From Kipferlia bialata (lineage: Eukaryota): 36,052 nt of DNA. The translations under genes were made by a program, and so were the position numbers. The stretch spans positions 1 through 36,052 of the forward strand of contig BDIP01000053.1 of assembly GCA_003568945.1 (NCBI GenBank), in the 5' to 3' direction. The notes beneath the pieces were generated by a model. The model did no database searches. It saw only the letters and a program-made list of their open reading frames with translations, and was not told the DNA's origin. Position 1 is the stretch's first letter; each line of letters begins with the position of its first letter. Shown here one piece after another: positions 35,943 through 36,052 of this stretch.

Positions 35943-36052
35943 CTAGAGGTTAGATAGAAGACATATATATATAGAGAGAGGGATGTAAGGTGGGATGTTA
36001 GAACAGAGAAGGGGGGGGGGGGGGGGGGGGGGGAAAAAAAAAAAAAAGGGTT

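Overview
Eukaryotic, intron-dense nuclear DNA: GT..AG introns of mostly ~60-250 nt, often ending CT(G/C)ACCCCAG, with many (TA)n/(CT)n/(GA)n tracts. Gene content and style suggest an anaerobic free-living flagellate such as the fornicate Kipferlia; this is inference, not verified. Manual splicing gives about 16 genes, mostly in head-to-head pairs: a C48/Ulp1-like protease (partial), a small coiled-coil protein, SPATA17, WASP, an intronless carbamate kinase, BUD23, a hypothetical protein, a TALE homeodomain protein, a prokaryote-type 2Fe-2S/FAD oxidoreductase (partial), kinesin-2, a pinin-like protein, CstF-50-like (partial), BBS7-like (partial), a ~10 kb low-complexity IQ-motif gene and Hub1/UBL5 (partial). 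Several poly-G/C tracts look like assembly joins. The most striking unexplained signal is about 20 'exon echoes': 10-65 nt copies of an exon end plus its splice site sitting in the adjacent intron behind microsatellite filler. They cannot obviously be spliced in, yet they differ from the functional exon mostly at synonymous positions. Exon boundaries were inferred by eye and may be off by a few nt.
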